Below, piece after piece: positions 1 to 11,507 of a DNA stretch of 64,000 bases. The notes under the pieces are model-generated. The model was not told the origin of the DNA. It worked only from the letters and a program-made list of their open reading frames with translations, and did no database searches. Location of the stretch: positions 2,131 to 66,130 of the forward strand of contig JBAYJO010000003.1 in the NCBI GenBank assembly GCA_041665085.1. Reading direction: 5' to 3'. Within the stretch, counting starts at the first letter, position 1. Each line of letters begins with the position of its first letter. Source of the stretch: Patescibacteria group bacterium (GTDB lineage Bacteria > Patescibacteriota > UBA1384 > JBAYJO01). A program made the position numbers and the translations under genes.

Positions 1-156
1 TGTCCGACTGATTTATGCGAGAGTGAAATACCTAAATCTATAAGCATTGTAATTGATTCATTTACTGCTTTTGCAGTTAAATAAGTGCGTAGTTTTATCA
101 ATGTGAATTAGATATAAGGAATTTATAAAATTGAAAATTCATACTATTATATTTAT

Positions 157-1749
157 TTAGGTGATTAATCTGCTGATCAATTCTTTAGCTTTTTCTATTG
201 AAATATGGGCAGTATTGGCGATTTCTTCAATTGAGGCTGTTTTTATATTTTCAACAGATCCGAAATGTTGGAGAAGAGATATTCTTTTTTTAGGTCCGAT
301 ACCTGATATTTCTTCAAGAGATGATTTCGGTTTTCGAAGCGACTTTTGAAAAGTAACAGCAAATCTATGAGCTTCATTTCTAATTCTTTGGAGTAAAAAC
401 AGGGTAGGCGAGAGAGTGGGAAGTATAATTGGTTCTTTTGAATTCGGAACAAAAATAAATTCAATTTTTTTTGCCATGGCGGCGATTGGAATATTTAAAT
501 CATATTTTTTAAGAATTGCTTTGCCGGCTGATAACTGACCCTTACCGCCATCAAGTAAAATAAGATCGGGGAGTGGCCAGAATTCTGATTTAGAATGGAT
601 TCCAGATCCGGATTGTCCTTCGGACTTCCGGTCTGGAATGACATTAGGATGGAGACTTCGCTTTGAGTCTGGAATGACAATGATAGATTGCTTTGTCGTT
701 CGCCTGTTGGCGGATTCTTTGCGATGACAAAAAGAGGAACTCGCAATGACAGAGGAGGATCTTGAAAATCGTCGATCAAGAATCTCGCGCATCGAGGCAA
801 CATCATTTTGAATATTTACTTTTTTAATTTTAAACTTTCGATATTCTGATTTATCTGATTCGCCTTCTGTAAAAACTATCATAGATCCGACAATATTTGT
901 GCTTCCTAAATTTGAAATATCAAAACATTCTATTCGGTGTGGAATAGATTTTAAATTTAATTCTTTTTTTAACTGATCAAGAGCTGACATATTTAATCTT
1001 TTTTCAGATTCGTTATTATCGCTTGAAAAGATAAAAGTGTCTGGTTGGTATTTTATTCTTTGAAGTATTGAAATTTGATCTCTTAAAATTTTTGCCAGTT
1101 CAAATTCTTCATTTTTTGAAGCAAGATTCATCTCACGCGATAAGTTGCGAATTGTTTTTTGAGATTTTGACGAGAGAAAATCAATTGCTCTTGCAACTTG
1201 TTTCGCATAAACTTCTTTTGATACTTTGCCTATGCAAGCATCTGTACATTTACCGATTAAATATCCTGAATATGGGCGATGATTGTGTTTAATGTGGCAG
1301 GTTCTGATGCCAAAAACTTGTTGCAAGACTCTGATTGTCTGGCGCATTGAAGAAGCGTTAGTATATGGACCAAAGTATTTTGCTCCATCACTTAATATTT
1401 TTCTGGCAATATGAATTCGAGGAAAATCTTCGTTGGTTAATTTAATGAGTGGGTAATTTTTATCATCTCTCATTTTAATGTTGTAATAGGGGTGATAGAG
1501 TTTGATTAAATTATTTTCAAGAATTAATGCTTCATTTGCTGACTTTGTTTTTATGAATTCGATATTATCGATTTGCTCTAGCATTGAAATATTTTTAAGC
1601 TCCGTTGGTTTTTGAAAATGGGATTTTATTCTATTTTTAATTGAAATTGCTTTTCCAACATAAATAATACGGTCGTTGGAATTTTTAAAAAGATAGACGC
1701 CGGTTTCATTTGGAAGCGATTTAATTATTTTTTTTATTTTATCTTTCAT
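157..1749 (-). CDS. uvrC: Excinuclease ABC subunit C (UvrC). The likely start is the internal Met at 'MKDKIKKIIKSLPNETGVYLF…', so the ORF-track start at 1794 is probably too far upstream. It carries a ~55-aa in-frame repeat-derived insertion.
   Basis: GIY-YIG N-terminus (…GVYLFKN…IIYVGKA…NRIKSHF). UvrBC-interaction region, RNase H-like 'DISNLGS…FWPLPDLILLDGGKGQ', and a C-terminal HhH. Nucleotides 600-765 are GC-rich and palindromic, and differ from the rest of the gene. Confidence 0.85.
   Translation of the reverse strand: MKDKIKKIIKSLPNETGVYLFKNSNDRIIYVGKAISIKNRIKSHFQKPTELKNISMLEQIDNIEFIKTKSANEALILENNLIKLYHPYYNIKMRDDKNYPLIKLTNEDFPRIHIARKILSDGAKYFGPYTNASSMRQTIRVLQQVFGIRTCHIKHNHRPYSGYLIGKCTDACIGKVSKEVYAKQVARAIDFLSSKSQKTIRNLSREMNLASKNEEFELAKILRDQISILQRIKYQPDTFIFSSDNNESEKRLNMSALDQLKKELNLKSIPHRIECFDISNLGSTNIVGSMIVFTEGESDKSEYRKFKIKKVNIQNDVASMREILDRRFSRSSSVIASSSFCHRKESANRRTTKQSIIVIPDSKRSLHPNVIPDRKSEGQSGSGIHSKSEFWPLPDLILLDGGKGQLSAGKAILKKYDLNIPIAAMAKKIEFIFVPNSKEPIILPTLSPTLFLLQRIRNEAHRFAVTFQKSLRKPKSSLEEISGIGPKKRISLLQHFGSVENIKTASIEEIANTAHISIEKAKELISRLIT
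600..765. repeat. Palindromic repeat element (GTCTGGAATGACA / TCGCAATGACA modules) inserted in-frame in uvrC.
   Basis: Its reverse complement carries 'tgtcattgcgag', 'aagcaatctatcat' and 'tgtcattccagac(c)gga' modules shared with the repeats at 18811-18880, 52849-53000 and 53451-53651. Local GC is well above the gene average. Confidence 0.7.
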
Positions 1750-1915
1750 CAAACGATATAATAACACATTTATTAATATTTGAATATTCCACATCTATTA
1801 AAATAGTTATATGTGAACTATATTATAGATAAGTAAATATTTATTTAAGGAAGGGACAAAATATTCGGGCCTTGGTTTTAGTTAAGTTTTGCTAATTCTA
1901 TTTTTGGTTATATTT

Positions 1916-4900
1916 ATGATAAAACGAATAAAGCTTATTATTTTTTCCGGGCTGTTTGCGATATTATCACTTCAATTGATAATTTTTCAGGGTCTTTTTA
2001 AATACAATGCGAACACTAATGACAAGCTTTCTGTTACGCCGACTGAAATATCCTCTATTTTATTAGCTCCCGATCAAATTAAAGTAAAATGGTCATTTAA
2101 TTCATCTGACGAATTGGGTTTTAAGGTCGAAAGATCTTTATCATATGAGGATGATTTTGTTGAAATTGCAAGAACCGGTCCTAATATTACTTCATATATT
2201 GACAGCGGGATTGATCCAGAAAAAATGTATTATTATCGGGTTAAGGCATATAATCTCGCAGGAGATACTGACTATTCGATCCTTACTTCTCCACCAAAAG
2301 AAGTTAATTATGATTTTATGGCTGGTATTGGAGACATGAAAGAAAGCACCCATATTCATGGTAGCAGTTATTTTAATAGTAACGATGTAGTTGGTCCTTC
2401 GGTAGATGATCAAGTGGCTAATGGTTGGCGTAGACATACTAATATGGCTACTATTCCTAAAATTAATTCTATATTTAGAATCGATCAAGAGGGTGGGTTT
2501 AATAGTCAGTATATGGGTGTTTTGGGAACTAAAAGTAATGATGCCGATATTTCAATAAGCAATGAAATAAATGTTTCGAATATAGATTTACAACAAGGAG
2601 ATATTTTAAGATTTGAATTTGATTATGTTAAGTTTAGCGGGTATGAAGATTTGCCTAATGGAAGCAGCGTGCAGTATGGAATTAGACTCTATGGTCAGGC
2701 AGGCGAAAGTACTAATCCAGCTTTAAATTATGTAAATATGTTTTTTATTCAAAAGGATAATATTGATCCTACGAGTCAAGGACCGTTATATGTTGAAGGA
2801 ACAGTTGTTAGAGACCTTAATATTGAAGGAATATCATATCCAAATTATCCAATTTTACATCTTTATAGTTCTTTTAGGATGTTTGTTGACGGCGATATCG
2901 GTACAGCACAACCAGGAGTTAATTTCAGTGGAGCACATATTTTTATTAAAAAGAAAGATCAATCAAGCTTTCAAAAAATTATTGTTCCAGCGCCTCATAA
3001 TCGTAATGTGCAAACAGGTTTAGTATTTTATAGTCCTGCAAGGTATAATATTTACGATGTGGCATCAAATTTTGATTGGGTTTCAACAGATTATTTGTTT
3101 GATGATGAGGTTTCTAAATTGAAATATTATAATCCAAATGTTAAAGTATATTTTTATATGGCAGCAGCGGCTATGGCAGATTATCGTGATGAAAATTTCA
3201 ATGACTGGACAAATCCTGGTACTGAATTTCAATGGGCGCTTGATAATCATCCGGAGTGGTTTTATAGTCGTTATCGTGATCCTGTTAATAAAATTGGCGA
3301 TATGATTCCTTTGGTCAACGGTGAAGATCCAAGAAAAAAAGAGTATAAAAGATATTTTAATGAGGAGGATTATGCGGAGTACTTAGCCACAGGTGATGAA
3401 TCAAAGCAAATTCCATATTTTTTTGATATTCAGTACCCGCAAATATATTCAGTCAACCCATCTATTCCTTCCTACCAAGATTATTATTATAATTCAGTTG
3501 TAAAAGCACAGAATTTTTATAATTTTGATGGTGTTTTTGTTGATACGCTAGGAGCAACAGGGTCATGGAGTGTAGCAAATCCCTCTCAAGATCTGCAGAA
3601 GTTAGTTTTGCCGGATCAAATTCAAAAATTTCAAGAAAATGTTTTCCCGAGATTAAGAGAAGCAGGCATTACAACCATTCAAAATAATTGTTCTATGCAT
3701 TATTCTACATATGGATACGGTGGTATAACTGCCCTTAACCCATATTGGAAAAAAGATAGTTTATCGGTGGAAAATTTATTACTTGAAAATACACCAACAA
3801 TTGATTTGACTACTTTTGTTAACAATTATTATGGCGGTAGTTCACCAATAGCACTATTTGATGATAATAACCCCGATATGACGGCAGATTTCTTTTTTCA
3901 GGAACGGGCTTTTTTTGGGGGTTATGATCGAAATTATTATAGTACTTCAGAATGGTTAAATGCTTTAACTGATATGGATTTAGCGAGTGAATGGAACGCA
4001 AATTTGTCAGATGATAAAAAGAAAAAAATCTTTCAGTTGGTTCATGGAGTAGATAATGCCGAAAATCCAGCTTTAGGAATTAATGGATGGGCACAGTTTG
4101 GGCTGACTTCTTATTTATTGGGATCAAGCGATTATTCGTGGTTAGGAATTGATAAGGTTGGATCTTATGAACAAATATTTTCATTTTATTCTTTAACCTC
4201 GAAGCTTGGTGATCCGGTTTCGCGTCGTGTGGATTTAAAATCTGATACTGATCATTCGCTTCAATCAAGAAGATTTTCAGGTGGTCTTGTGGTTGTAAAT
4301 GGGGATAGTAATATAGCTCAAAAATATATTCTTAGCAAAGAGATGTTGGATGAAACAAACAGTGTTATTAGCGGTGAAATTACATTGCTTCCTCATACTG
4401 GTCGTATTTTTTATGATTTTCCTATTACAACTGCAAATTATAATCAAAATTATCAATCAAAAAACGGTTTTTTTAATAAAGAAGTAAAAGTAAATTTGTC
4501 GACTTCTGAAACAGTTCATGATAATTTGGTAACATATTATCGTATTGATGATGATGTTCAGAAAATATATAGTGGAGAAATTGTGATTCCGGAAGGCAGC
4601 CACACTCTTTATTATTGGTCGGAAGATACAGGTCCTGATTCGTCATCAGTTGAAGAAGAAAAATCGATTGATTTTAAAATTGACCTGACGGCGCCTCCTG
4701 TAGCTGTTCCTAAAAGTCCATTGTATACATTTAAAAATATTTTAACCTTAAAATTAGATAAAAATATAGATATTACTCAAATGTTTGTCAATGATTCTGA
4801 AATTATCTATAACTCTTCCGGACAATATTGGCATATGGATCAGCAATTAAATGTTGGTGAGACAAAAACTTTAATTATTAAAACAATGGATTTGGCAGGA

Positions 4901-5110
4901 AACAATTCAAATTCTGCGTTAGTAGTTACTCGAAGAAGAATAGGTGATGCAGTATCGAATTTACAAGCAGGTATCGACAAGGTTAATATTTATGATTTTA
5001 GTGCTCTTCTATCTTTTTGGGGAACAAATAATTATTCCACTGATTTTAATGGGGATGGTACAACAGATATTTACGATTTTTCAGATATGTTGTTAAATTG
5101 GACGAATTAA
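1916..5110 (+). CDS. Large surface protein: N-terminal TM anchor, FN3 domain, large uncharacterised (enzyme-like) domain, Ig-like domain and a C-terminal dockerin.
   Basis: 1073-aa ORF with an ATG at 1916 after the TTG-initiated track start. C-terminal 'DFNGDGTTDIYDFSDMLLNW' matches the dockerin Ca-binding loop plus helix. FN3-like 'VKWSFNSSDELGFKVERS…YYYRVKAYN'. Confidence 0.7.
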   Translation: MIKRIKLIIFSGLFAILSLQLIIFQGLFKYNANTNDKLSVTPTEISSILLAPDQIKVKWSFNSSDELGFKVERSLSYEDDFVEIARTGPNITSYIDSGIDPEKMYYYRVKAYNLAGDTDYSILTSPPKEVNYDFMAGIGDMKESTHIHGSSYFNSNDVVGPSVDDQVANGWRRHTNMATIPKINSIFRIDQEGGFNSQYMGVLGTKSNDADISISNEINVSNIDLQQGDILRFEFDYVKFSGYEDLPNGSSVQYGIRLYGQAGESTNPALNYVNMFFIQKDNIDPTSQGPLYVEGTVVRDLNIEGISYPNYPILHLYSSFRMFVDGDIGTAQPGVNFSGAHIFIKKKDQSSFQKIIVPAPHNRNVQTGLVFYSPARYNIYDVASNFDWVSTDYLFDDEVSKLKYYNPNVKVYFYMAAAAMADYRDENFNDWTNPGTEFQWALDNHPEWFYSRYRDPVNKIGDMIPLVNGEDPRKKEYKRYFNEEDYAEYLATGDESKQIPYFFDIQYPQIYSVNPSIPSYQDYYYNSVVKAQNFYNFDGVFVDTLGATGSWSVANPSQDLQKLVLPDQIQKFQENVFPRLREAGITTIQNNCSMHYSTYGYGGITALNPYWKKDSLSVENLLLENTPTIDLTTFVNNYYGGSSPIALFDDNNPDMTADFFFQERAFFGGYDRNYYSTSEWLNALTDMDLASEWNANLSDDKKKKIFQLVHGVDNAENPALGINGWAQFGLTSYLLGSSDYSWLGIDKVGSYEQIFSFYSLTSKLGDPVSRRVDLKSDTDHSLQSRRFSGGLVVVNGDSNIAQKYILSKEMLDETNSVISGEITLLPHTGRIFYDFPITTANYNQNYQSKNGFFNKEVKVNLSTSETVHDNLVTYYRIDDDVQKIYSGEIVIPEGSHTLYYWSEDTGPDSSSVEEEKSIDFKIDLTAPPVAVPKSPLYTFKNILTLKLDKNIDITQMFVNDSEIIYNSSGQYWHMDQQLNVGETKTLIIKTMDLAGNNSNSALVVTRRRIGDAVSNLQAGIDKVNIYDFSALLSFWGTNNYSTDFNGDGTTDIYDFSDMLLNWTN

Positions 5111-5147
5111 TAGTGTATAATAAAAATATATTTATTAGTGGGGAAAA

Positions 5148-6602
5148 ATGAAAAAAATTGTTAGTTTAGTTATTGGAATAATATTTTTTAGCTCATTTAA
5201 TATAGCTTATGCAGCTAATGTAAGTTTATCAATTTCCGGAGCAGGAAGTCATGATAATGGAACTGAATTTGATGTTTCAATAAATGTTGGAGCAAATGGT
5301 AATAATGTTTGTGCTGTTAGAGCAAATCTTAATTATCCATCAAATTTATTAGATGTAGTAAGCGTTGTAAAAGCAGGTCCATCAAGTGCATACTTAGAAA
5401 TTGACAACGATACAACTACAGCGGGAGTGGTCAAATATCTTGGTGGTTTTATGAATTGTACTACTAGTGATAAGCCGTTGTATATTGTAAAATTTAGAGC
5501 AAAAGCTGCTGGCAGTGGGCAATTTTCATTTGGTGAGACCCAAGTAGTGGGAGGATCAGGTGAAAATACTGTTGCTTTAGGTTTTTCTAAATCAACATCA
5601 GATATAAATATTAATCAGGTCAATAGTAGTGTTAGTTCAAGCGCTGATAGTAGCGGCGACGGTAGTGCTAGTAGTAGTTCTTCTGCATCAGGAGATAGTA
5701 GCAGCTCGTCATCTGATAGTAGCTCCAGCAGTACTGATTCGAGTAATACTTCAGGCAGCTCGGCTTCAACTGATAGTAATTCTAGAGCGAGAAATTCAAA
5801 TACCAACAATCAAAATTCTAATACTACTCCAGTGATTGTAGCTGTTAATCCATATTTAAAAACAGTTGTTTTTTCTAGTGATGCCTCTTTTGATACGGAG
5901 AACAAAAAAGTCAAAGGATTTACTTTTTCTGGTACGGCGGAACCAGATAGTAAAGTATATATTACAATAATGAGCTTTCCGATTTTAGCTGAAGCGCAAA
6001 CAAATTCAAGCGGCGTTTGGTCCTTTAGTATTACGAATTGGCTTGAAGATGGCGATCACACTTTGACTGCTTATTCTGAAAAAAACGGAATAAAATCAGC
6101 GGAAATTAAAGTTGGTTTTACTTTTCAAAGTGCCGATAAAAATAGTTTAAAAATAATTTCTGCTTCCGTAGTAAATAAAAATAGTAATTCAAACAATAAT
6201 TATAATACAAATACAAATTCTACCGCTAGCGCGGAAACAAATGCTACTAAAAGTAATTTTTGGACTATTTTAATGTATATCACTCTTGCAATCGTTGCGG
6301 TGATTGTTGTTTTTCTTGTTTTAATTATTAGGCGAAATAAAAATAATAATTCTATAAATCCAACTGCCGATATAAATAATAATCCAGTAATTAATCCAAA
6401 TCCGGTAAATAATGTTGAATCTATGCAACCCGAAAATCAGATTTCTGAAGAAAAAGTTTCAACTGAAGTGTATTCAGCTCCTTCAGTAATTAGCGAGCCT
6501 GTTGAAACTGGCAATACTAATCAAACAAATCAACAAAGTGAAGAGCCAGCAATAATTACTCCGTCTCAAGCTGAAGATGTGACCAAAGATACTAAAAATT
6601 AA
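5148..6602 (+). CDS. Membrane-anchored cohesin-domain protein (scaffoldin-like): signal peptide, cohesin, Ser-rich linker, Ig-like domain, C-terminal TM helix and cytoplasmic tail.
   Basis: Cohesin-like N-terminal module ('FDVSINVGANGNNVCAVRANLNYPSNLLDVVSV…LYIVKFRAKAAGSGQFSF'). Poly-Ser/Asp linker and TM 'FWTILMYITLAIVAVIVVFLVLII' near the C-terminus. RBS GGGGAAAAATG. Confidence 0.65.
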   Translation: MKKIVSLVIGIIFFSSFNIAYAANVSLSISGAGSHDNGTEFDVSINVGANGNNVCAVRANLNYPSNLLDVVSVVKAGPSSAYLEIDNDTTTAGVVKYLGGFMNCTTSDKPLYIVKFRAKAAGSGQFSFGETQVVGGSGENTVALGFSKSTSDININQVNSSVSSSADSSGDGSASSSSSASGDSSSSSSDSSSSSTDSSNTSGSSASTDSNSRARNSNTNNQNSNTTPVIVAVNPYLKTVVFSSDASFDTENKKVKGFTFSGTAEPDSKVYITIMSFPILAEAQTNSSGVWSFSITNWLEDGDHTLTAYSEKNGIKSAEIKVGFTFQSADKNSLKIISASVVNKNSNSNNNYNTNTNSTASAETNATKSNFWTILMYITLAIVAVIVVFLVLIIRRNKNNNSINPTADINNNPVINPNPVNNVESMQPENQISEEKVSTEVYSAPSVISEPVETGNTNQTNQQSEEPAIITPSQAEDVTKDTKN

Positions 6603-9405
6603 GAACTTCTCTTAAATATTGTCCGGTAAATGATTTTTCAACGCCTGCGATATTTTCTGGCGTGCCGGTAGCAACAATTTTACCGCCCTTGTCTCCTCCT
6701 TCGGGTCCAAGATCAATTATAAAATCCGCTGATTTTATAACATCTAAATTGTGTTCAATTACTAAAATTGAATTTCCTGCGTCAACTAAACGATTTAAAA
6801 CTAAAAGTAGTTTATTAATATCATCAAAATGAAGTCCTGTTGTTGGCTCGTCAAGGATGTAAAAAGTGTTTCCTGTTGCGGGCTTGGCAAGCTCCGAGGC
6901 AAGTTTGATTCTTTGAGCCTCACCTCCGGAAAGAGTTGTTGCAGATTGTCCTAGCTTGATATATCCAAGCCCCACATCCATTAATGTTTGTAATTTATCG
7001 GCTATTTTTTTAATTGGTGAGAAAAATTTTAAAGCTTCTTCAACAGTCATATTTAAAACATCAGAAATATTTTTTCCTTTATATTTTACTTCTAGTGTTT
7101 CGTGGTTATATCTTGAGCCGTTGCATACTTCACATGGAACATAAACATCCGGCAGGAAATGCATTTCAATTTTGATCAAACCGTCGCCATTACAATTTTC
7201 GCATCTTCCTCCTGTAACATTAAATGAAAATCTTCCCGGTCTATAACCCCTTTCGCGCGCTTCTTTTGTCATGGAAAAAATTTCACGAATAATGTCAAAA
7301 GTTTTTGTGTAGGTGGCAGGATTTGAACGCGGAGTTCGTCCAATAGGTGATTGGTCGATAATTAGTATTTTGTCAATTTTTTCTGCACCAATGATATCTT
7401 TATGTTCGCCCGGTTTTTCAAGATGGCGCATGATTTTGAATGCAAGGCCTTTATATAATATGTCATTGATTAAAGTTGATTTTCCTGACCCGGAAACTCC
7501 TGTAACGCAAGTAAATACGCCAAGCGGAATAAATGAATTAATGTTTTTTAAATTGTGTTCGCGCGCTCCTCTTATTTCTATAAAATCTTTTGGCGCTCGT
7601 CTTTTTTTAGGAACAATAATTTTTTTCTCGCCTCTTAAATATTGACCGGTAAATGATTCCGGACTTTCTAAAATTTCATTAAGTGAGCCTGAAGCAACTA
7701 CATTTCCACCGTGTTCGCCTGCTCCCGGTCCAATATCGACAATGTAATCAGCGGTTCTAATTGTTTCTTCGTCATGCTCAACAACAATAACTGTGTTTCC
7801 CAGTTCGCGCAAATATTTTAATGTATTGATCAATTTTAAATTGTCTCTTTGATGTAAACCGATTGACGGTTCGTCTAAAATATATAACACGCCCATAAGT
7901 TTACTGCCTAGTTGAGAAGCAAGTCTGATTCTTTGAGCTTCACCGCCGGCAAGTGTCAGTCCCATTCTGTCTAAAGATAAATAGTCTAAACCAACATTCA
8001 TTAAAAATTCTAATCTGTTCATAATTTCTTTTAGGACTTGACCAATTATGGTTTTTTCTCGATCGGTTAATGGTAAATTATGAAAAAAATCATATGCATC
8101 TTTAACTGATTTTGAAGTAAGTTCAGAAATATTTATTCCGTTTACTTTTATTGATAATGATTCTTTTTTTAGTCTTGCGCCTTGGCAGTCCGGACAATTA
8201 TTGACTGAAAAATATTTTTCAATTTCTAATCTTACGGCGTCTGATTCAGTTTGTTTGTATCTATCTTCAAGCATTCTGACAATGCCTTTCCAATTCAGAT
8301 TAAAGACATGCGAACCTGTTGCTGTGCGATGATGTATTTTAATTTTTTCATTTGATCCGTTTAATATTATGTCGAACTGTTCTTTTTTCAAATCTTTAAT
8401 TCTAACATTTGTTGGAATTTGATGATGTTCGCAAACTGCTTTTAATATTGCAGTTAAATATCCATTTTTATTAAAACTCCAAGGTACTATTCCTCCTTGA
8501 TCAATGGTTTTATTGTGATCCGGCATGATTAAATCAGCGTCAATTTCTCTTTTTACTCCAAGCCCTTGGCAAGTAGGGCAGGCACCAAAAGGGGAATTGA
8601 AGGAAAAGAGTCGAGGTGAAATTTCAGAATAAGAAAACCCGCAGGTTGGACAGGAAAGTTCTTCAGAAAAAGTAAAATCTTCGCCTGTTTCAAGGTTGTG
8701 AATTATGACAAGATGATCTGACAAATGAAGAGCTTGTTCAATTGATTCAGCCAATATTTTTCTATTTTCTAAATTTACAGTTGTTTCTGTAATTACGGCG
8801 TCAATATTTTGAGTTTTATATCTTCCAAGCTCAATTTTTTGATTTAAATCAACAAATTTACCGTTAATTCTAACCCTTAAATATCCATCTTGATATAGGT
8901 CGTTTAAGAGTTGGTGATATTCACCTTTTCTTCCGATAACAATTGGAGATAGAATTATTATTTTCTTATTATTTAATAGATCGGCAACGAAATCTATAAT
9001 TTGATCAATGGTTTGTTTTACAATCGGAGTATTGTCGTTTGGGCAAAACGGTTTTCCAACTCTGGCGTAAAAAACTCTTAAATAATCATATATTTCTGTA
9101 ATGGTTCCGACAGTTGAGCGGGGGTTATGGCTGGCTGATTTTTGGTCAATTGAAATTGCAGGGGAAAGTCCATCGATTAAATCTACATCCGGTTTGTCCA
9201 TTGTTCCTAGAAATTGCCTAGCATAAGAGGAGAGAGATTCTATATATCTTCTTTGTCCTTCGGCGTAAATGGTATCAAAGGCAAGCGATGATTTGCCCGA
9301 ACCGGATATACCGGTAATAACAACAAGCTTGTTGCGTGGTATATCAAGATTAATATTTTTTAAATTGTGGGTTTTTGCACCGCGAATTATAATTTTATTT
9401 TCCAT
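6592..9405 (-). CDS. uvrA: Excinuclease ABC subunit A (UvrA).
   Basis: 937 aa, two ABC ATPase modules ([14 protein letters not shown]…, [11 protein letters not shown]…), zinc-finger Cys pairs and LSGGE signature motifs. Confidence 0.95.
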   Translation of the reverse strand: MENKIIIRGAKTHNLKNINLDIPRNKLVVITGISGSGKSSLAFDTIYAEGQRRYIESLSSYARQFLGTMDKPDVDLIDGLSPAISIDQKSASHNPRSTVGTITEIYDYLRVFYARVGKPFCPNDNTPIVKQTIDQIIDFVADLLNNKKIIILSPIVIGRKGEYHQLLNDLYQDGYLRVRINGKFVDLNQKIELGRYKTQNIDAVITETTVNLENRKILAESIEQALHLSDHLVIIHNLETGEDFTFSEELSCPTCGFSYSEISPRLFSFNSPFGACPTCQGLGVKREIDADLIMPDHNKTIDQGGIVPWSFNKNGYLTAILKAVCEHHQIPTNVRIKDLKKEQFDIILNGSNEKIKIHHRTATGSHVFNLNWKGIVRMLEDRYKQTESDAVRLEIEKYFSVNNCPDCQGARLKKESLSIKVNGINISELTSKSVKDAYDFFHNLPLTDREKTIIGQVLKEIMNRLEFLMNVGLDYLSLDRMGLTLAGGEAQRIRLASQLGSKLMGVLYILDEPSIGLHQRDNLKLINTLKYLRELGNTVIVVEHDEETIRTADYIVDIGPGAGEHGGNVVASGSLNEILESPESFTGQYLRGEKKIIVPKKRRAPKDFIEIRGAREHNLKNINSFIPLGVFTCVTGVSGSGKSTLINDILYKGLAFKIMRHLEKPGEHKDIIGAEKIDKILIIDQSPIGRTPRSNPATYTKTFDIIREIFSMTKEARERGYRPGRFSFNVTGGRCENCNGDGLIKIEMHFLPDVYVPCEVCNGSRYNHETLEVKYKGKNISDVLNMTVEEALKFFSPIKKIADKLQTLMDVGLGYIKLGQSATTLSGGEAQRIKLASELAKPATGNTFYILDEPTTGLHFDDINKLLLVLNRLVDAGNSILVIEHNLDVIKSADFIIDLGPEGGDKGGKIVATGTPENIAGVEKSFTGQYLREVLNF

Positions 9406-9406
9406 T

Positions 9407-11383
9407 TTAAAACTTAAATTTTCTTAATTCTTTGATTTCATCTCTGATTCTTGCTGCTGTTTCAAATTCCAAATGTTTGGCAGCTTCTCTCATGGCAATT
9501 GTTTTCTGTTTAATAATTTCCGGTACTTGCTCTAGATCTAAAACTAAATCTTCTGCTTTTTCTGCAATTTCTTCGTTTTTTTCATAAATTGAATATATTT
9601 CTTTTTTAATTGTTTGAGGTGTGATGTTGTGATCGGTATTATATTTTTGTTGGACTTTTCTTCTTTTTTCCGTGACTGAAATTGCTTTTTTCATTGAATC
9701 TGTGATTGTATCTCCATATAATATCACTCTTCCGGCTGAATTTCTAGCTGCTCGGCCAATTGTTTGAATAAGTGATCTTTCTGATCTTAAAAATCCTTCT
9801 TTATCTGCATCTAGAATTGCAACAAGTGAAACTTCGGGCAAATCTAGCCCTTCTCTTAAAAGATTAATTCCGACCAAGACATCAAATTCGCCTTTTCTAA
9901 GTCCGGCTAAGATTTCAAGTCTTTCGAGTGTATCTACTTCGGAGTGAATATATCTTGTTTTTACTCCTGCTTCGGTTAAAAATTCAGCAATATCTTCAGA
10001 CAAGGATTTTGTAAGTGTGGTTACTAAAATTCTTTCTTTTTTAACCTGTCTTAATCTAATTTCATGCAAGATATCATCGATTTGATTTTTTGTTGGACGA
10101 ACTTCAATTTCAGGATCAACAAGACCGGTTGGACGAATGACTTGTTCCACAATTTGAGTTGAGTTTTCCTCTTCAAAATGACTTGGTGTGGCTGATGTAA
10201 AAATTGCTTGAGAAACTTTTTTTTCAAATTCGTCAAATTTTAAAGGTCTATTATCAAGGGCTGATGGAAGTCTAAATCCATGTTCAACTAAAACTTCTTT
10301 TCTGGCGCGATCACCATTATGCATTCCGTTGATTTGAGGTATGGTAATGTGTGATTCATCGATTATGGTTAAAAAATCTGCAGGCCCGCCTTCAGTCGAG
10401 GCAGGAAAATAATCAAGTAAAGTTGCAGGAGGAGATCCGGCTGGACGATCTGACAAAATTCTTGAATAATTTTCAATACCATTACAATAACCAATATTTT
10501 CAAGCATTTCCATATCAAATTTTGTGCGCTGCTCCAGTCTTTGAGCTTCGAGCAATTTATTATGTGATTTTAAATCTTTAAGCCTTGATTCTAATTCAGA
10601 TTTTATTTCATTTAATGCTTTTTTGAGTTTTTGCGGTGAGATTAAAAAATGTTTTGCTGGGAAAATTGTAATATATCCAATATTTTCTGATTGTCGTCTT
10701 GAAATCGGATCAACTTCAAAAATATTAATTATTTTATTTCCCTGAAGTTCTACGCGAACAATTACATTTGCGTTAACCGGCATAATTTCAATTACTTCTC
10801 CTTTAGCTTTGAATGTTCCGCGTGTCAAATTTACATCGTTTCTCACAAAAAGCATTTCTATCAATTTTTTAATAATTTCATCTCGTGAAATTTTTTGAGC
10901 TGTGTAAATATTTAAAACCGTTTGTTTATATTCAATAGGGGATCCAAGACCATAAATGCAAGAAACGGAGGCAATTATAATTACGTCTTTGCGAGAAAGT
11001 AATGCTGAAGTGGCAGCATGTCGAAGTCTTTCAATTTCGTCATTTATTGTTGCTTCTTTCTCAATATAAGTGTCGGTTGTGGGTAAATATGCTTCCGGCT
11101 GATAGTAATCATAGTATGAAACAAAATATTCTACGGCATTTTTTGGAAAAAATTCGCGATATTCAGCGCAAAGTTGAGCCGCTAGAGTTTTATTTGGAGC
11201 AATTACAAGTGTTGGCTTTTGAATTTGGGCAATAATATTTGCAGCAGTGAATGTTTTTCCTGATCCGGTTACACCTAAAAGAGTCTGGTATTTTTGTTTT
11301 TCTTTGAGCCCTTTAACCAGCTTTTTTATTGCTTGTATTTGATCGCCTTTTGGCAAATATTTTTGTGATAATTCAAATTTCAT
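9407..11383 (-). CDS. uvrB: Excinuclease ABC subunit B (UvrB).
   Basis: 658 aa, helicase motifs ([12 protein letters not shown]), UvrB beta-hairpin region and C-terminal UVR domain '[13 protein letters not shown]'. Start is 2 nt downstream of the uvrA stop. Confidence 0.95.
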   Translation of the reverse strand: MKFELSQKYLPKGDQIQAIKKLVKGLKEKQKYQTLLGVTGSGKTFTAANIIAQIQKPTLVIAPNKTLAAQLCAEYREFFPKNAVEYFVSYYDYYQPEAYLPTTDTYIEKEATINDEIERLRHAATSALLSRKDVIIIASVSCIYGLGSPIEYKQTVLNIYTAQKISRDEIIKKLIEMLFVRNDVNLTRGTFKAKGEVIEIMPVNANVIVRVELQGNKIINIFEVDPISRRQSENIGYITIFPAKHFLISPQKLKKALNEIKSELESRLKDLKSHNKLLEAQRLEQRTKFDMEMLENIGYCNGIENYSRILSDRPAGSPPATLLDYFPASTEGGPADFLTIIDESHITIPQINGMHNGDRARKEVLVEHGFRLPSALDNRPLKFDEFEKKVSQAIFTSATPSHFEEENSTQIVEQVIRPTGLVDPEIEVRPTKNQIDDILHEIRLRQVKKERILVTTLTKSLSEDIAEFLTEAGVKTRYIHSEVDTLERLEILAGLRKGEFDVLVGINLLREGLDLPEVSLVAILDADKEGFLRSERSLIQTIGRAARNSAGRVILYGDTITDSMKKAISVTEKRRKVQQKYNTDHNITPQTIKKEIYSIYEKNEEIAEKAEDLVLDLEQVPEIIKQKTIAMREAAKHLEFETAARIRDEIKELRKFKF

Positions 11384-11507
11384 TGCGGGTATATAATAAC
11401 CTATTTTGATACTTTTTGAAAGGTCAAACTATTTAATTTAGTTTTTTTAATTGAAAATATTTGGTTTAGGATTATAATAGAATTAAGCAAATAATAAGGA
11501 GGCTCTA

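Noticed and set aside
5615-5835. ORFs 5615-5809 (-) and 5629-5835 (+), and a possible CRISPR-like periodicity in the Ser-coding region.
   Set aside because: The repetitive DNA is the poly-Ser/Asp linker of the cohesin protein (AGY/GAT codon repeats). It has no repeat-spacer architecture, and the alternative frames are artefacts.
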